This document shows positions 20,276-31,018 of a DNA stretch of 64,000 nucleotides, one piece after another; within the stretch, counting starts at the first letter, position 1, and the number at the start of each line of letters is the position of its first letter. Origin of the DNA: an uncultured virus (IMG/VR IMGVR_UViG_3300022858_001422) (lineage: Duplodnaviria; Heunggongvirae; Uroviricota; Caudoviricetes); IMG/VR virus record IMGVR_UViG_3300022858_001422; one strand, given 5' to 3'. The notes beneath the pieces were generated by a model. The model made no database searches. It saw only the letters and a list, made by a program, of their open reading frames with translations, and had not been told where the DNA came from. The position numbers and the translations under genes are program-made.

Positions 20276-23200
20276 TTATTTTACGCGAGAAACTATCTCG
20301 TCAAATTCCTCTGGTTTTATTATTCTGTATTGATCTATCCACCATGTAGTTTCTGTTTCTGATTCAACGTAATTATTATTCACAAAACTGATCGATGGTT
20401 TTTCTTTGAAATGATTTACGTACAGAATGTCACCAGCAAGAAAGTTATTATTTTCAAAAGTTTTTTTCTGAATTTTCAAACTGGTTTGTTTTCCGTTATT
20501 CAAACAGTAGGCTTGAATTCTAGGTGCAAATTTCTCGTTGAGTTCCATTACAAAAACAAATTTTTTATTGATGTGAGAATAAGTTGCGTGAATATATCCC
20601 AGAACGTCTCTTTCAATTGCTAACTGTTGCCAAACAGGGAATTTTTCATCTGGAATTGTCTTCCAGAACTCTTTTAGTAACTCTATTCGCTTTACTTTTG
20701 TCTTGTCAGAGTGCTTTCGTGAATATCTAGCTTTACCTTTTGTGAATTCCTTGAAGAATTTCAAGAGTGTCAGGTTTGATCCAAATACGTCAAAGTAATT
20801 AATCTGAATCAAGTCTTCATATTTTTTACTTATATAACCTTTCTCTTCAGCATCTAACAAAAAATCTAAAAATGTTTCATATTTATTCTGTCCTAATTCG
20901 TAAAGACGATCACTGACAGACGAACTAAATCCTTTGATACTCTTTAGGCTGGTTGTAATTTCCCACTTCTCAACATTGCCTTTGATAGTTCGATTATCTT
21001 GACCAAACTTATATCTTGGAAAATTGATTTTGAATGATTTTTCAGCTTCTTCAATAGCTCTTACTAAACGATCTTTGCTACCATCTCCTTCCAATAGGTT
21101 CAGAAGTGTTTCATAGAATTGAATGGGGTGGTGAGCCTTGAGATAAGCCCCATAGAGGCTGTCTCCTGCTACACAGTAAGAATGTGCAGAATTAAATAGA
21201 TAAGAGCTAGAATCTTCAATAATTTGCCACGTGAGATTGGCTACATCTATAGCCTTATCTTCTTCAAGATTTTCATTATCAATTAATCTTGATTTCATTC
21301 CTTCAATAAATGTTTCTTTATAAGCAAAAACTTTTTCATATCTTTTTTTGGCAATATTTTTAATTAATGTAAATGTGTCAGCAATCGGAATTCCGGCATA
21401 AGCCAACACATTCATAGCTTGTTCTTGATAAAGCATGAACGAATAAGGAATATCTTTAGATTGAATAAGACTATCTAGAGTTGGTACATTATATGAAAAT
21501 GACTCTCTGTTTTCAAATATTTTATACATCGATTGAAAACCTGGTCTTACAGATGCGATGAAAGCACTTAGCTCGGCAATATTAGAAGGCGAGTATTTTG
21601 CAACTCTTCCTCTAGTTGAATCTCCTTCGACCTGATTGATTCCAATTGTTTGAGCATTTTTATAAATATCCCAAACTTTTTCATCGCCATCACATATTTC
21701 AATAAGTTCAGGAAGTTGATGAGGCTTTCTCTCTAATTTTTCATAAGTTTTATAAATCAATTCAACTACAGAAACTTTGAGAAGGTCATTCTTTAGAAAT
21801 CCGTATTTTTCTGCCCAAAGACCATCCATACATGCACAGATATGACCTTTGAGATTAATAAGTCCAATTTCTTCTTTAATATCTTTGCTAAAAAGGAGGC
21901 TACCGCATGGGTGGATACCAGCCTGAGCAACAATTCCTAGATACTTTTTACTTTCTAGAAAATAATCAAGATATTCTGGCGAAATAAATTCTTCAGGGTT
22001 TTGTTCTTCGTCATTATACTTTTTCGCTAACTCGAATTTTCCAATTTCGTCTGACACACTATTGGCAATTTCAAAATCAATATCTTTTGCTCTAGCATAT
22101 AATTTCCATGCAGCTTTTATCCTTAAAGTTCCATAAGCCAACATGGGGTAAGAATGACCTTCGCCCATAATGTCAATTTGAGCTTGAGCGAATACTTCTG
22201 GATTACCAAGATTGAAATCAATGTCAGGGAGCGTCTTAGCATCCAAAATACGTTCTTTAGTCATAAATCGCTCTGGAAACAGTTGTACAGTAGCAGAGAT
22301 GCGATCTACGGTGGTAAAACCAAGTAATTTGGCAGTATAGAAGGACGCAATCGATCCACGTCCTGTGCGTGTAAGCATACCGCCTAATTCTTCACTTCTC
22401 TTTACAATTTCGTAGTCAAGAAGGAAATAATCAGCCATACCAGTTTCAACAACAACATTTACTTCTTTTATAATTTCTTTTACATATTCATTCCACATTG
22501 ATTTGTCAATATTTTGTTTTTCTTCTTCCCATTTTTCAGAAATCAAATTTTTAAAAATATCGTTCTTTTCTTTTTGAGTTTTATCGGGATAAAGAGTTGG
22601 CAACTTCATATCTTTGTTAAAAATATCGCTAGTGTATTCTTCTACCTGGAGAAACGTATTGGTGTTTTTCATAGCTTCTTCAATCTGCGGTTTTGTCAAT
22701 ACCCCCTGAAACATAAAACGATTGAAAGCAACTTCATCGCTAGGATAATCAAGATACCAGCCGGTTTCATCTTCGTAACTGATATGTTTTGACCGAATAA
22801 AATCATCTCGATCTTTTGCCTGATTTTCGTAAATGTAATGTGAATCTACTCCAAAGATAATCTTGATTCCGTAATGGTTAGAAATATTAATAATCTTTTT
22901 ATTGATTTCTTTCTGTGTATCAGTATTGTGATTCTGAACTTCCAAAAAGAAGTTCTGTCCAAAATGGTCGTGAATCTGAATGATCAATTCTTCGTAATCA
23001 TCATATTTCCACACACCTGCTAAACAAGCTGTCGTAACCCAAACATCATCTTTAGGCAATGATAGAAGTAACTCTAAGTCAATTCTAGCACGATAATAGA
23101 ATCCTGTGAGATTAGCTTCAGATAAAATCCGATTGATCGCTTTTCTACCATTTTCATTTTTTGCTAATAGAATCATGTGGGCATTGGTTCGATCTTTTTC

Positions 23201-23428
23201 AAGACGATCTTTTACAAAATAAACTTCAGAACCAATTACGAGTTTCAGATTGTATTTTTTAGCAAGTTCGTAACTTTCAATATATCGCCCACACCAACCA
23301 TGTTCCACAGAACTTAAAAGACTATGACCCAACGCTACCGCACGTTGGGCATAATCTTCATTAGAAACAACCGAATCGGGTACAATTAAGTTCGACATGG
23401 ATCCGTGTTTATGATAGTTTTGGTACAT
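20276..23428 (-). CDS. dnaE: DNA polymerase III alpha subunit (family C)
   Basis: PHP motifs (HKH, EHG, DSHY), GRGS, FPERF, PDIDF, GIHPCG, KNDLL, LYQEQ, YLFNSAHS. Confidence 0.95.
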   Translation of the reverse strand: MYQNYHKHGSMSNLIVPDSVVSNEDYAQRAVALGHSLLSSVEHGWCGRYIESYELAKKYNLKLVIGSEVYFVKDRLEKDRTNAHMILLAKNENGRKAINRILSEANLTGFYYRARIDLELLLSLPKDDVWVTTACLAGVWKYDDYEELIIQIHDHFGQNFFLEVQNHNTDTQKEINKKIINISNHYGIKIIFGVDSHYIYENQAKDRDDFIRSKHISYEDETGWYLDYPSDEVAFNRFMFQGVLTKPQIEEAMKNTNTFLQVEEYTSDIFNKDMKLPTLYPDKTQKEKNDIFKNLISEKWEEEKQNIDKSMWNEYVKEIIKEVNVVVETGMADYFLLDYEIVKRSEELGGMLTRTGRGSIASFYTAKLLGFTTVDRISATVQLFPERFMTKERILDAKTLPDIDFNLGNPEVFAQAQIDIMGEGHSYPMLAYGTLRIKAAWKLYARAKDIDFEIANSVSDEIGKFELAKKYNDEEQNPEEFISPEYLDYFLESKKYLGIVAQAGIHPCGSLLFSKDIKEEIGLINLKGHICACMDGLWAEKYGFLKNDLLKVSVVELIYKTYEKLERKPHQLPELIEICDGDEKVWDIYKNAQTIGINQVEGDSTRGRVAKYSPSNIAELSAFIASVRPGFQSMYKIFENRESFSYNVPTLDSLIQSKDIPYSFMLYQEQAMNVLAYAGIPIADTFTLIKNIAKKRYEKVFAYKETFIEGMKSRLIDNENLEEDKAIDVANLTWQIIEDSSSYLFNSAHSYCVAGDSLYGAYLKAHHPIQFYETLLNLLEGDGSKDRLVRAIEEAEKSFKINFPRYKFGQDNRTIKGNVEKWEITTSLKSIKGFSSSVSDRLYELGQNKYETFLDFLLDAEEKGYISKKYEDLIQINYFDVFGSNLTLLKFFKEFTKGKARYSRKHSDKTKVKRIELLKEFWKTIPDEKFPVWQQLAIERDVLGYIHATYSHINKKFVFVMELNEKFAPRIQAYCLNNGKQTSLKIQKKTFENNNFLAGDILYVNHFKEKPSISFVNNNYVESETETTWWIDQYRIIKPEEFDEIVSRVK

Positions 23429-23440
23429 TACTTTCCTTTC

Positions 23441-24235
23441 TTAAGTATTATAGGGGCAGCTTTCCCGAAATCCACAAATTTGCTTGCAGAAATAGTTGTT
23501 TTTTGAACTAATATTTGGAGGCCAATCTTCTTCGTTCTTTATCTGATTTATTGTCCCCTCAAACCATTCCATTGTCTTTTGAATTTCCATTGGATCAACT
23601 TCTTTGACTACTTCAATTCCATCTCGAATAAACCAGATTCTAATATCGCTAATTTCAATATCTTTTTCTATCCAATAAATATAAGCGTAAAGTTGAAATT
23701 GATGCATGTAATTTATAATCTGTTCAGATTCAAGATTTGCTTTCTTTCGTTTCCTGGTGTTTTTCTTAAACTTAGATGTCTTGAAATCAACAAGACTATA
23801 TTTTCCGGTAGATTTTTCTCGTAGAATCAAGTCTGGTCTTGTAGTCAATTCAATATCGTTATACACGGACTTGACAGTTTTTTCTACCTCAACAACCTCA
23901 TATAGAGACAAATCAAAATCAAAATTTGAAAAGTATTCTAGTCCAGTCTCGTAATATTTCTCTCCCATACCTTTTGGAAATGTGGGTGGAAGGGAAACCA
24001 TAAAATCTTTATAATGTTCTTCGTAATATTCGACCATTTCATAAATCTGAATTTCTCCATTAAAAAACTTTTCAAGAACATCGTGAACCAATAATCCAAA
24101 ATCCGAATAGAAGTTCCCTATTCTATCCTCCGCCTCAATATAATTATATTTAAAACCTAGCGGACAAGTTTCAAAACTTGACACGCTGGAAAATGACCAG
24201 CGCATATTATCTAAAATAAATCCATATTCACTCAT
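23441..24235 (-). CDS. Cas4/RecB-like PD-(D/E)XK exonuclease
   Basis: SFSS...CP, G..VH.VLE, PD...DFKT, QFQLY, C-terminal CxxxCxxxxxC. Confidence 0.8.
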   Translation of the reverse strand: MSEYGFILDNMRWSFSSVSSFETCPLGFKYNYIEAEDRIGNFYSDFGLLVHDVLEKFFNGEIQIYEMVEYYEEHYKDFMVSLPPTFPKGMGEKYYETGLEYFSNFDFDLSLYEVVEVEKTVKSVYNDIELTTRPDLILREKSTGKYSLVDFKTSKFKKNTRKRKKANLESEQIINYMHQFQLYAYIYWIEKDIEISDIRIWFIRDGIEVVKEVDPMEIQKTMEWFEGTINQIKNEEDWPPNISSKNNYFCKQICGFRESCPYNT

Positions 24236-24236
24236 T

Positions 24237-26177
24237 TTACTCCTTCATGAAATTTGGTAAACTATCTAATCTGGGGTCTTTAGTTGGCAAAGGTGATGTA
24301 TCCTCGTTCCATTTATAACGTTTATAAAGTTCTTTTATAGTGGAATAAAAACGATAAGATGGATAATCAAAATATAATCTTTTTGTATCTTGGTTTCCTG
24401 TATATCTATTTTTCAAGATAGACACTTCAACATCTTCATCAATTGGATCTTTACCTTTTTTATATCCGCCTTTACCGTCTGCTTCTCCTGCCTTGTCTTT
24501 CTTAGAGAATCTTTTTACAGAAACTAAATATTGTGCAAGATTCGTTATTTCTGAAGCTCCAGAGACATCATCTGCCTCAAGTTCAAATCCATGAGGTATT
24601 TTCTTAGGATGGGTAACTAGAACAATTAGAACACCATACATGAGGGCAAGACTATTCAGTTTTACAATAAAGTCCTTTTGTCTTTGGTAAACATCAGAGC
24701 CACTCGACCCAATATCCAATGTCATCAAATTATCGAGCAGCCAGACCTTTACGCCATATTTTCTCGTTGTAGCTATAGCCTTATCTAAAATATAATCACT
24801 ATTGTTATTGTTTTCGCTATAAACCCAAACTCGTCCTTTATACCATTTTCTCATTTCTTTTCTTGCAGTAGAATCTATAACATGTACAAAATTATTTTTC
24901 ATATTGATTTTTTCAGAACCGGCCATAGCTAATTCTAACCAATTTTTCAACATAGGGGAAATTAATTCCCCGCTGAAATAAAAAATATCTTGACCTTGAT
25001 TCAAGGCCTCACAAGCAAAAACTTGATTGATAAAGACTGACTTTCCAGAACCTCTCTGTCCTGTAACTAGAACAACACTACCAAAAACAAATTTATAGAT
25101 AATATCGTCTATTGGTTTTAAACCAGAATATAAACCAGGAGCTTTTTCAATATCGAAATCTTCAGTATCAGCAAGATCGCTAATTCCTTCAATCGGAATT
25201 TCTTGAGCGTTGAAAATCAAATCTAATACAAATTGTTTTCCACAATGATATAAAATTTCATTTACGTCTTTTACTTTTGTATCCTTTCCATTCTTATCTT
25301 TTACAACAGAAGGTGCATCGACATAAAGAGTTCGCCAAACACCAAGACGAGAACAAACTTCTCTTCTCATTTTGAGTCCAGCTTCATCTGTATCAGACCA
25401 TACAATTATCTTATCAAAAAGCTCTAACCAGTCCCAATTCTCTTCAATCCACCCAAAATTTCCTGCCCCCATAGGAACACTCACTGTATTTGTATATCCT
25501 GCTTCAATGGCTGCCAGAGAGTCAATTTCGCCCTCATTAATTAAAAGTGGGCCATTCGATGTATCTACACGATTCATATTGAAAAGAAGTGGTCTTGTGC
25601 TTGCTCCTTTTTGACACCAATTTTTACTTTCACCTTTTTTTATAGCATGAGTTGGTCTATATTTTACCATACATATAACATCATTTGTATCGCAATAATT
25701 AAACACTACATTTCCATTTGAATCTTGTTGAATATCAGTCCTATCTAATGTTTCTTTAGAAATACATCGTAACTTCATATATTTCTCAACTTTTGTACGA
25801 TCCGTATTTTGTTCTCTGACAGGATAAATATATTTTCTTTCAGTTTTAATTCCCTTTTCTGAAAAACGATATTCTGTTTTTACTTTGTCAAGATTAAATA
25901 ATTTATCAACTGCTTCAATATATGTCAATCCTTGTTTAAGATATAAATCTATAATTCCAAAATTTTTACCACATCCAAAGCAATGAAAACAATTATCTTT
26001 GGAATTCCAACTAAAAGAAGGCGTGCTATCTTCATGTCCGCCAAGTGGACAACTTCCTTTTAATGTATTTCTATCCCAATTTTCAACCTTCAGTTCTTTT
26101 CTAATTATTTCTGCTGCGTCTTCTCCTAGTTTTTCTTTTGCTTCTACGATTAAACTTTTCAGGCTTTCATCAAACAT
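24237..26177 (-). CDS. Primase-helicase (Zn finger + TOPRIM + SF4 helicase)
   Basis: CP..H...CFGC, EGEID, DTDEAG, GQRGSGKS, LLDNL, LKNR. Confidence 0.9.
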   Translation of the reverse strand: MFDESLKSLIVEAKEKLGEDAAEIIRKELKVENWDRNTLKGSCPLGGHEDSTPSFSWNSKDNCFHCFGCGKNFGIIDLYLKQGLTYIEAVDKLFNLDKVKTEYRFSEKGIKTERKYIYPVREQNTDRTKVEKYMKLRCISKETLDRTDIQQDSNGNVVFNYCDTNDVICMVKYRPTHAIKKGESKNWCQKGASTRPLLFNMNRVDTSNGPLLINEGEIDSLAAIEAGYTNTVSVPMGAGNFGWIEENWDWLELFDKIIVWSDTDEAGLKMRREVCSRLGVWRTLYVDAPSVVKDKNGKDTKVKDVNEILYHCGKQFVLDLIFNAQEIPIEGISDLADTEDFDIEKAPGLYSGLKPIDDIIYKFVFGSVVLVTGQRGSGKSVFINQVFACEALNQGQDIFYFSGELISPMLKNWLELAMAGSEKINMKNNFVHVIDSTARKEMRKWYKGRVWVYSENNNNSDYILDKAIATTRKYGVKVWLLDNLMTLDIGSSGSDVYQRQKDFIVKLNSLALMYGVLIVLVTHPKKIPHGFELEADDVSGASEITNLAQYLVSVKRFSKKDKAGEADGKGGYKKGKDPIDEDVEVSILKNRYTGNQDTKRLYFDYPSYRFYSTIKELYKRYKWNEDTSPLPTKDPRLDSLPNFMKE

Positions 26178-26197
26178 AGTTCCTCTGTGGTGATAAA

Positions 26198-26221
26198 AGA
26201 TGGGGTATTTCTACCCCATCT
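26198..26221 (-). terminator. Hairpin/terminator between ssb and primase-helicase
   Basis: AGATGGGGTA-TTTC-TACCCCATCT 10-bp stem with a short T-run on the - strand. Confidence 0.55.
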
Positions 26222-26231
26222 AAAATGTTAT

Positions 26232-26672
26232 CTAGTCAATATCTTCTCCGTCAGCAACTTCCCATGGAAGCTTGCCTTCATCACCATCATCAGCTTCTTC
26301 TACAATCGGGGGTTTATCCATACCTGTTTTGTGAGAACTACCGCCACCATTGTATTCACTCAATTCCCATGACCAAACTACAATTTGAGGATTCTTTGGG
26401 TATCGTTTTTCACCATCCTTCATATATGATTCTTGCGTAACTCCACCTTTGATTTCAAGACGAATGGGATTACTCTTACTTGGAAGCATTGCCAATAATT
26501 CATCATTATAGGCTTTACCTACAAAACGAACAAAGCTCCAGTTTGAATTTGTATATTCGCCATCTTTATTTTTAGAACTCGTACTCATTCGTACTTGAGC
26601 ATATTTTTCCTTATCTTCAATTTGCCAAACTGTTACAGCTTGTGGATATTTACCATTTCCGATCCATAACAT
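26232..26672 (-). CDS. Single-stranded DNA-binding protein
   Basis: OB-fold-like pattern (KDGEY...WSFVRFVGK...YMKDGEKRY), acidic tail with LPW; replication context. Confidence 0.7.
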   Translation of the reverse strand: MLWIGNGKYPQAVTVWQIEDKEKYAQVRMSTSSKNKDGEYTNSNWSFVRFVGKAYNDELLAMLPSKSNPIRLEIKGGVTQESYMKDGEKRYPKNPQIVVWSWELSEYNGGGSSHKTGMDKPPIVEEADDGDEGKLPWEVADGEDID

Positions 26673-26673
26673 A

Positions 26674-27486
26674 TTATTCTTCTCCTTCTACTGTTTCTTT
26701 AACTTCAACATCTTCAATAACTTCAGCTTCTACAATCTCATTTTCAACTAAATCTGTAAGTTTTTCAATCAATTCTTCAAGAACAGAAATATCTTTGACT
26801 CTATTAGGATTCATTGATGGCGTATATTTTTTAGCAATTTCCTCAAAACGGGGGTCTTTTCTTTTATGTAAAAGAGTATATAATGTAGTAGCTTCTTTTT
26901 GCTTTGATTTTAGTTGAGCTTTTTTATCTTCGTCGGTGTTTTTATCAGCCAGGTCTTTTTTGAATTCACTTGAAACTTCTCCAAATTCATTTGACTCTGC
27001 ACCAATCTCTTCTGCCGTATAAACCACAACGCCGCCTGTAACATCAGGACAATACAATCTTACACCACTGGTAAGAGCACGATAGAATAACATGTTTCGA
27101 GGATATTTCTTCCAAACATCTTTTCCTGATAACCCAGCCTTTTTAGCATCATCCAAAGTAAATGAAAATTCACCAACCTTCTGATCCTTTTCATAAAACG
27201 CAAGATTACATCTTTCATTATTGGTTTCCAGAATAATGTAGTTGTAATCAGGATGACGTTTTACAAGTGTTGCAACCAGATTTCCGCCTAAAGCAACCTT
27301 GTTTTTGATAATATTGATTCCAGACATTGAAGTGAATGGATCAAATCCAAGTTCGCGTCCTGCAAGAACTTTTACAGATGCTTGAGCCAAATCTTTTGTA
27401 TCTGAAAACAAACCACTTTCCATCATTACCTTCGCAATTCCGGTAACATCTTCCATACTATTAATCATCAAACTATTTTCCGTCAT
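26674..27486 (-). CDS. ssDNA-annealing recombinase (RecT/Beta-like)
   Basis: GRELGFDP, FTLDDAKKAGL..K.VWKKYPRNML.YRA....R..CPD; near exonuclease and SSB. Confidence 0.7.
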   Translation of the reverse strand: MTENSLMINSMEDVTGIAKVMMESGLFSDTKDLAQASVKVLAGRELGFDPFTSMSGINIIKNKVALGGNLVATLVKRHPDYNYIILETNNERCNLAFYEKDQKVGEFSFTLDDAKKAGLSGKDVWKKYPRNMLFYRALTSGVRLYCPDVTGGVVVYTAEEIGAESNEFGEVSSEFKKDLADKNTDEDKKAQLKSKQKEATTLYTLLHKRKDPRFEEIAKKYTPSMNPNRVKDISVLEELIEKLTDLVENEIVEAEVIEDVEVKETVEGEE

Positions 27487-28077
27487 TCATTCTCCTTTAT
27501 TCTCAAATAATTTATTATATTTTTTAGACTGTTTTTTGAATTCCTCCGTTTTATTATATCCACAAGATTTAGGTTCACCACACAGACCGTTACGATAAAT
27601 ACAATTAGGAACACAGAGTTGATAAAGTTCTGGTTCATAATCTTTTAAACTATTTACAAATTCTTGCCATGCTCCACGAGTTTCCTTACTCGCCAGATAA
27701 CACAGTCGCTTTCTAGAGGCATTGATTATTGCCTGAGCGTTCATTGACTCTTTGTGGGTAACCAACGCTCCCTGTGGAGCTTTATCCCGATCATAGTCTT
27801 CAGTTGCACCCTTCATTCTGTCAGGACGCTGCGAGAATACGAAAGGCGTTGCTCCGATTGAATGACGAACTAGATGAACTGAAATCCAGGATTTTAGATC
27901 AACCCATTTCCAGGAGAACCACAAGTCTCGGATTGGAGAATGTTCAGATTTCAAAATCATCAACTTCCATTTTGAATCTGGAGGATTCTTTACTTTCAAT
28001 CCCATGGTTGTCAAGGCTGAATCTTTCACATTGTGCCAATCTTGTTTGTCTGGCAATTTTGTTAGCTCTATTTTCAT
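27487..28077 (-). CDS. thyX: Flavin-dependent thymidylate synthase
   Basis: EHSP, HLVRH, SQRPD, RLC..AS.ETR. Confidence 0.82.
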   Translation of the reverse strand: MKIELTKLPDKQDWHNVKDSALTTMGLKVKNPPDSKWKLMILKSEHSPIRDLWFSWKWVDLKSWISVHLVRHSIGATPFVFSQRPDRMKGATEDYDRDKAPQGALVTHKESMNAQAIINASRKRLCYLASKETRGAWQEFVNSLKDYEPELYQLCVPNCIYRNGLCGEPKSCGYNKTEEFKKQSKKYNKLFENKGE

Positions 28078-28462
28078 ATTATCGATTTGAAAACAATTGC
28101 GTACTCAAAACTTCATGAGTGTAATAACCGAATTCATTTGCGTTATCATAATGACAAGTTAGAAAATACCAGTTACCACCGATAAGAAACGGCATTCGGG
28201 ATACAGGGCCATTGCTAAAATTCCCATAATTGAAATCACACCAGTTTGCGAAACGTTCTGCATTTCTGTACGTATCAATATCTGGCTGCATGATAAAGAC
28301 CTTTGATAAAATATAACGTCCTTGGAATAAATACATTTGATGAAGATCAGATGCTTGCAGTAAGATAACTGCCAATAAAATAAATCCCAACATTAATGAA
28401 AACTTCAATTTTTTACTCATTTATTTTTTTCTCCTATAGAATATATTGAATAAATTGAACAG

Positions 28463-28535
28463 TGGGGCGTGGTAGACTTGAACTACCCATTCTTCCTTAT
28501 AAGAGAAGTTTTTTCACCGCCTAAAATAACGCCCC
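28463..28535 (-). tRNA. tRNA-Ile (anticodon UAU)
   Basis: Acceptor GGGGCGT/ACGCCCC, anticodon arm CTTCT-CTTATAA-GGAAG, T arm GGTAG-TTCAAGT-CTACC. A/U-only D stem; CCA not encoded. Confidence 0.75.
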
Positions 28536-28544
28536 GAAAAAACA

Positions 28545-28617
28545 CAGGCACAGTGAGACTTGCACTCACATCCTAACTTTAGAAGAGTTGAATTCTATCT
28601 TGTTGAACTATGTGCCT
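28545..28617 (-). tRNA. tRNA-Arg (anticodon UCU)
   Basis: Acceptor AGGCACA/TGTGCCT, anticodon loop CTTCTAA, T arm GTGAG-TGCAAGT-CTCAC (atypical loop). Confidence 0.72.
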
Positions 28618-28623
28618 AAAAAC

Positions 28624-29028
28624 TTATTTATTTTTTCGATAGTTTTGATGGCATTCTCTTGAACAAAAAGAATTTTTACTATGTTTGTTTTCTGGTCTAT
28701 TGTCACTTTTATTTTTATTTATATGATGAACAACCTCGTTATTTTCTAAAAATCTACCAATCTTATTTTCTGCAACAATTCTATGATGTAAAACATATCC
28801 ACAACTATTTGCCTTGGGATGTTCTTTAGCAGTAACGTATTCATAATCGCCACTTTTCACAATATTTTTTATTTTCCATCCTGAATCTGGAAATACATAT
28901 TGTTTTTCACATAAAGAATAATTGCTGATGCATTCTCTATTGCAAAAAAATAACCCAGTTTTACAATTTTTAACCTTGCTTGGTTTTCTTTCCAATTCTT
29001 TTCCACAATGTGTGCAATTTACTTTCAT
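28624..29028 (-). CDS. HNH homing endonuclease-like protein with Zn-finger (possibly internally deleted)
   Basis: CTHCGK, FCNREC, YVLHHRIVAE, VVHHINKNKSDNRPEN. Confidence 0.72.
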   Translation of the reverse strand: MKVNCTHCGKELERKPSKVKNCKTGLFFCNRECISNYSLCEKQYVFPDSGWKIKNIVKSGDYEYVTAKEHPKANSCGYVLHHRIVAENKIGRFLENNEVVHHINKNKSDNRPENKHSKNSFCSRECHQNYRKNK

Positions 29029-29592
29029 TTATTACCTCCTGGTAATTATAGAGGAAGAACAATGCAGGAGCATTGTTTGTTCAGGCTTGCAAACCCTATC
29101 CTCTTTTTATATTTTCAGAACCACGTAAAATCACAGTTTTATGCGATTTTTAGGGTCGTTTTAACTAATGAATCATTATGTTTGATTTTTCATATTTTAC
29201 CAGTTTTCTTCTAAATCATAGAATTCATTCAATCTTGTCACTTCTTCCTTCCAAACATCCATATAAGAACCCATAATCACTGTTTTTTCTTCTAAATATG
29301 GTTTCCCTAGTTTTTTATTTTTCCATCCTCTTTCTTTAGCAATATAAAGAGGAATTTTCTCTTCTTCGCTCAATATATCATAATTATCAGACCCATACAT
29401 ATAAACGTACGGTTTTTCATCGTCAAACACAACAGTTAAGTCCCATACCCAGTCTTCAGCTTCTGGCTCAACAATATCATATTTTTCTATCTGATATTTT
29501 TTTGCAATATTTGCTAAAGAATGTAACAATACTCCGTAATCTCCAGTAAAATGTTCTGTTTTTATCATTTTTATATTCCTTTCAACTACTGA

Positions 29593-29621
29593 ATTTTAGC
29601 ACACAATGCGTTTTAAGTCAA
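29593..29621 (-). promoter_or_regulatory. Sigma70-type promoter
   Basis: TTGACT-17 nt-TAAAAT with TG extension. Confidence 0.75.
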
Positions 29622-29644
29622 GGTTTCAACATAAAATGAGAGTT

Positions 29645-30364
29645 TTATGTTGTTTTATAAATAAACAATTTTTCCGTTCTTTTATCATGCTGTCCAATAT
29701 CTAATGTAGAAGATATATCTTTTTTCCAAATATAGACAAAATCATCTGGTGCATTATATTCACTTATATATACCTTGTGTCCATATTCAGCCATATTTCG
29801 ACACCACTCCCAAAATATATTATGATCAAAATTATCTTTATATTTTATCGTATTTTTATATGGCGGGTCACAATATAAAATACATGGTTCTGAAAAATTT
29901 TTATCGCTATAACTACAATTATAAAATTTTATATCAATAATTTTAGGAAGTTGTCGCATAACAAAATTTTTTGCTTTTTCACAATAATTTCTGTTGGCTT
30001 TATTTGACGCATATCCTCCAAACCACTTTGCTCCAAAAGAACAACCAACACCAACAAAACCGATAAGATGTTGAGGATATTTTTCTTTGTTATTTTTTAT
30101 GTCGTAATATTCTTCTTTTGAAAGAGTGTTTGGAGGAATCCACCCGTCCTGCAGTGCTTTCCACATAGAGATTAAATATTCATTTGTATCCATACCAATT
30201 CTTTTCGGATGATCGATTTTATCAATCATGTTGCATCCTCCGACAAATGGTTCCACATACCAAGTGTTCTCATCTATTCCATCTAATACAATAGGAGAAA
30301 TGTATTTTGCTATTCTTCTTTTGCTTCCAGGATATTGCATTTTCATTCCTTTTTCAAAAATCAC
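29645..30364 (-). CDS. DNA adenine methyltransferase (Dam/D12 class)
   Basis: YPGSK, YVEPFVGG, YCDPPY. Confidence 0.85.
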   Translation of the reverse strand: MIFEKGMKMQYPGSKRRIAKYISPIVLDGIDENTWYVEPFVGGCNMIDKIDHPKRIGMDTNEYLISMWKALQDGWIPPNTLSKEEYYDIKNNKEKYPQHLIGFVGVGCSFGAKWFGGYASNKANRNYCEKAKNFVMRQLPKIIDIKFYNCSYSDKNFSEPCILYCDPPYKNTIKYKDNFDHNIFWEWCRNMAEYGHKVYISEYNAPDDFVYIWKKDISSTLDIGQHDKRTEKLFIYKTT

Positions 30365-30610
30365 ATAAAACTGACATTTTATAATGTTTTATCTTATCCA
30401 CTTATTCCTAGCAATTGACCAATAAGTTTATCATTACGATCTGTATCTGCTAAAACAAAATATCCGGCAGGCACATAAATTTTATTAAAAACAAAATAAT
30501 TAATATGTTCAATATTTATTGTCAAAATATCATTTTCCTGTACGACATTTCCAAAGCCGTCCTGGTTTGTTGCAACTATATCAAATCTCAAGAATTTTTC
30601 CATTTTGTCC

Positions 30611-31018
30611 TCAATATCTATAAATATGAATTTCATCAAACCTGTTTTTGATAGCTTCATCAATCATGTTCTTTGTACCCTTTGATTTACCGTCCCAAAA
30701 TGCAATTAGCATAGAATAATCATTATCTTCCTTGGCATATTTTGCCATTCTCTGATTACGAATCGGGCCAGCTTTTTTACCGAGATTTTCCCAATCTGCT
30801 TCTATGACTCTTTGAGAAAAACCAAACTCAATAGCGAATCTTTCACCAAGAACATCTGCGCCCTTTGCCCCTCCAGAAATGATAGTATAATCTGAACAGG
30901 ATTTACTATAACTAAGATTAGATATAATTCCACTAACTTTAGCCTTTAGAAAATCATAGTTTTTAAAATTTCTTCCACCTGCAATAATAATTTTCATCTT
31001 AACTCCAATCAATTCCAA
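30611..31018 (-). CDS. SLOG-family (DUF2493/YspA-like) protein
   Basis: IIIAGGRNF, ISGGAKGAD, AGPIRNQRM, FWDGKSKGT. Confidence 0.8.
   Translation of the reverse strand: MELIGVKMKIIIAGGRNFKNYDFLKAKVSGIISNLSYSKSCSDYTIISGGAKGADVLGERFAIEFGFSQRVIEADWENLGKKAGPIRNQRMAKYAKEDNDYSMLIAFWDGKSKGTKNMIDEAIKNRFDEIHIYRY

Noticed and set aside
23441..24235. Cas4 as part of a CRISPR-Cas locus
   Set aside because: No other cas genes or array; it sits between DnaE and primase-helicase as a typical phage exonuclease.
29050..29104. tRNA-Cys remnant (TTGCAA loop) upstream of the HNH gene
   Set aside because: No T arm or acceptor stem; only an 8-bp hairpin (29058-29077) and weak flanking pairing.
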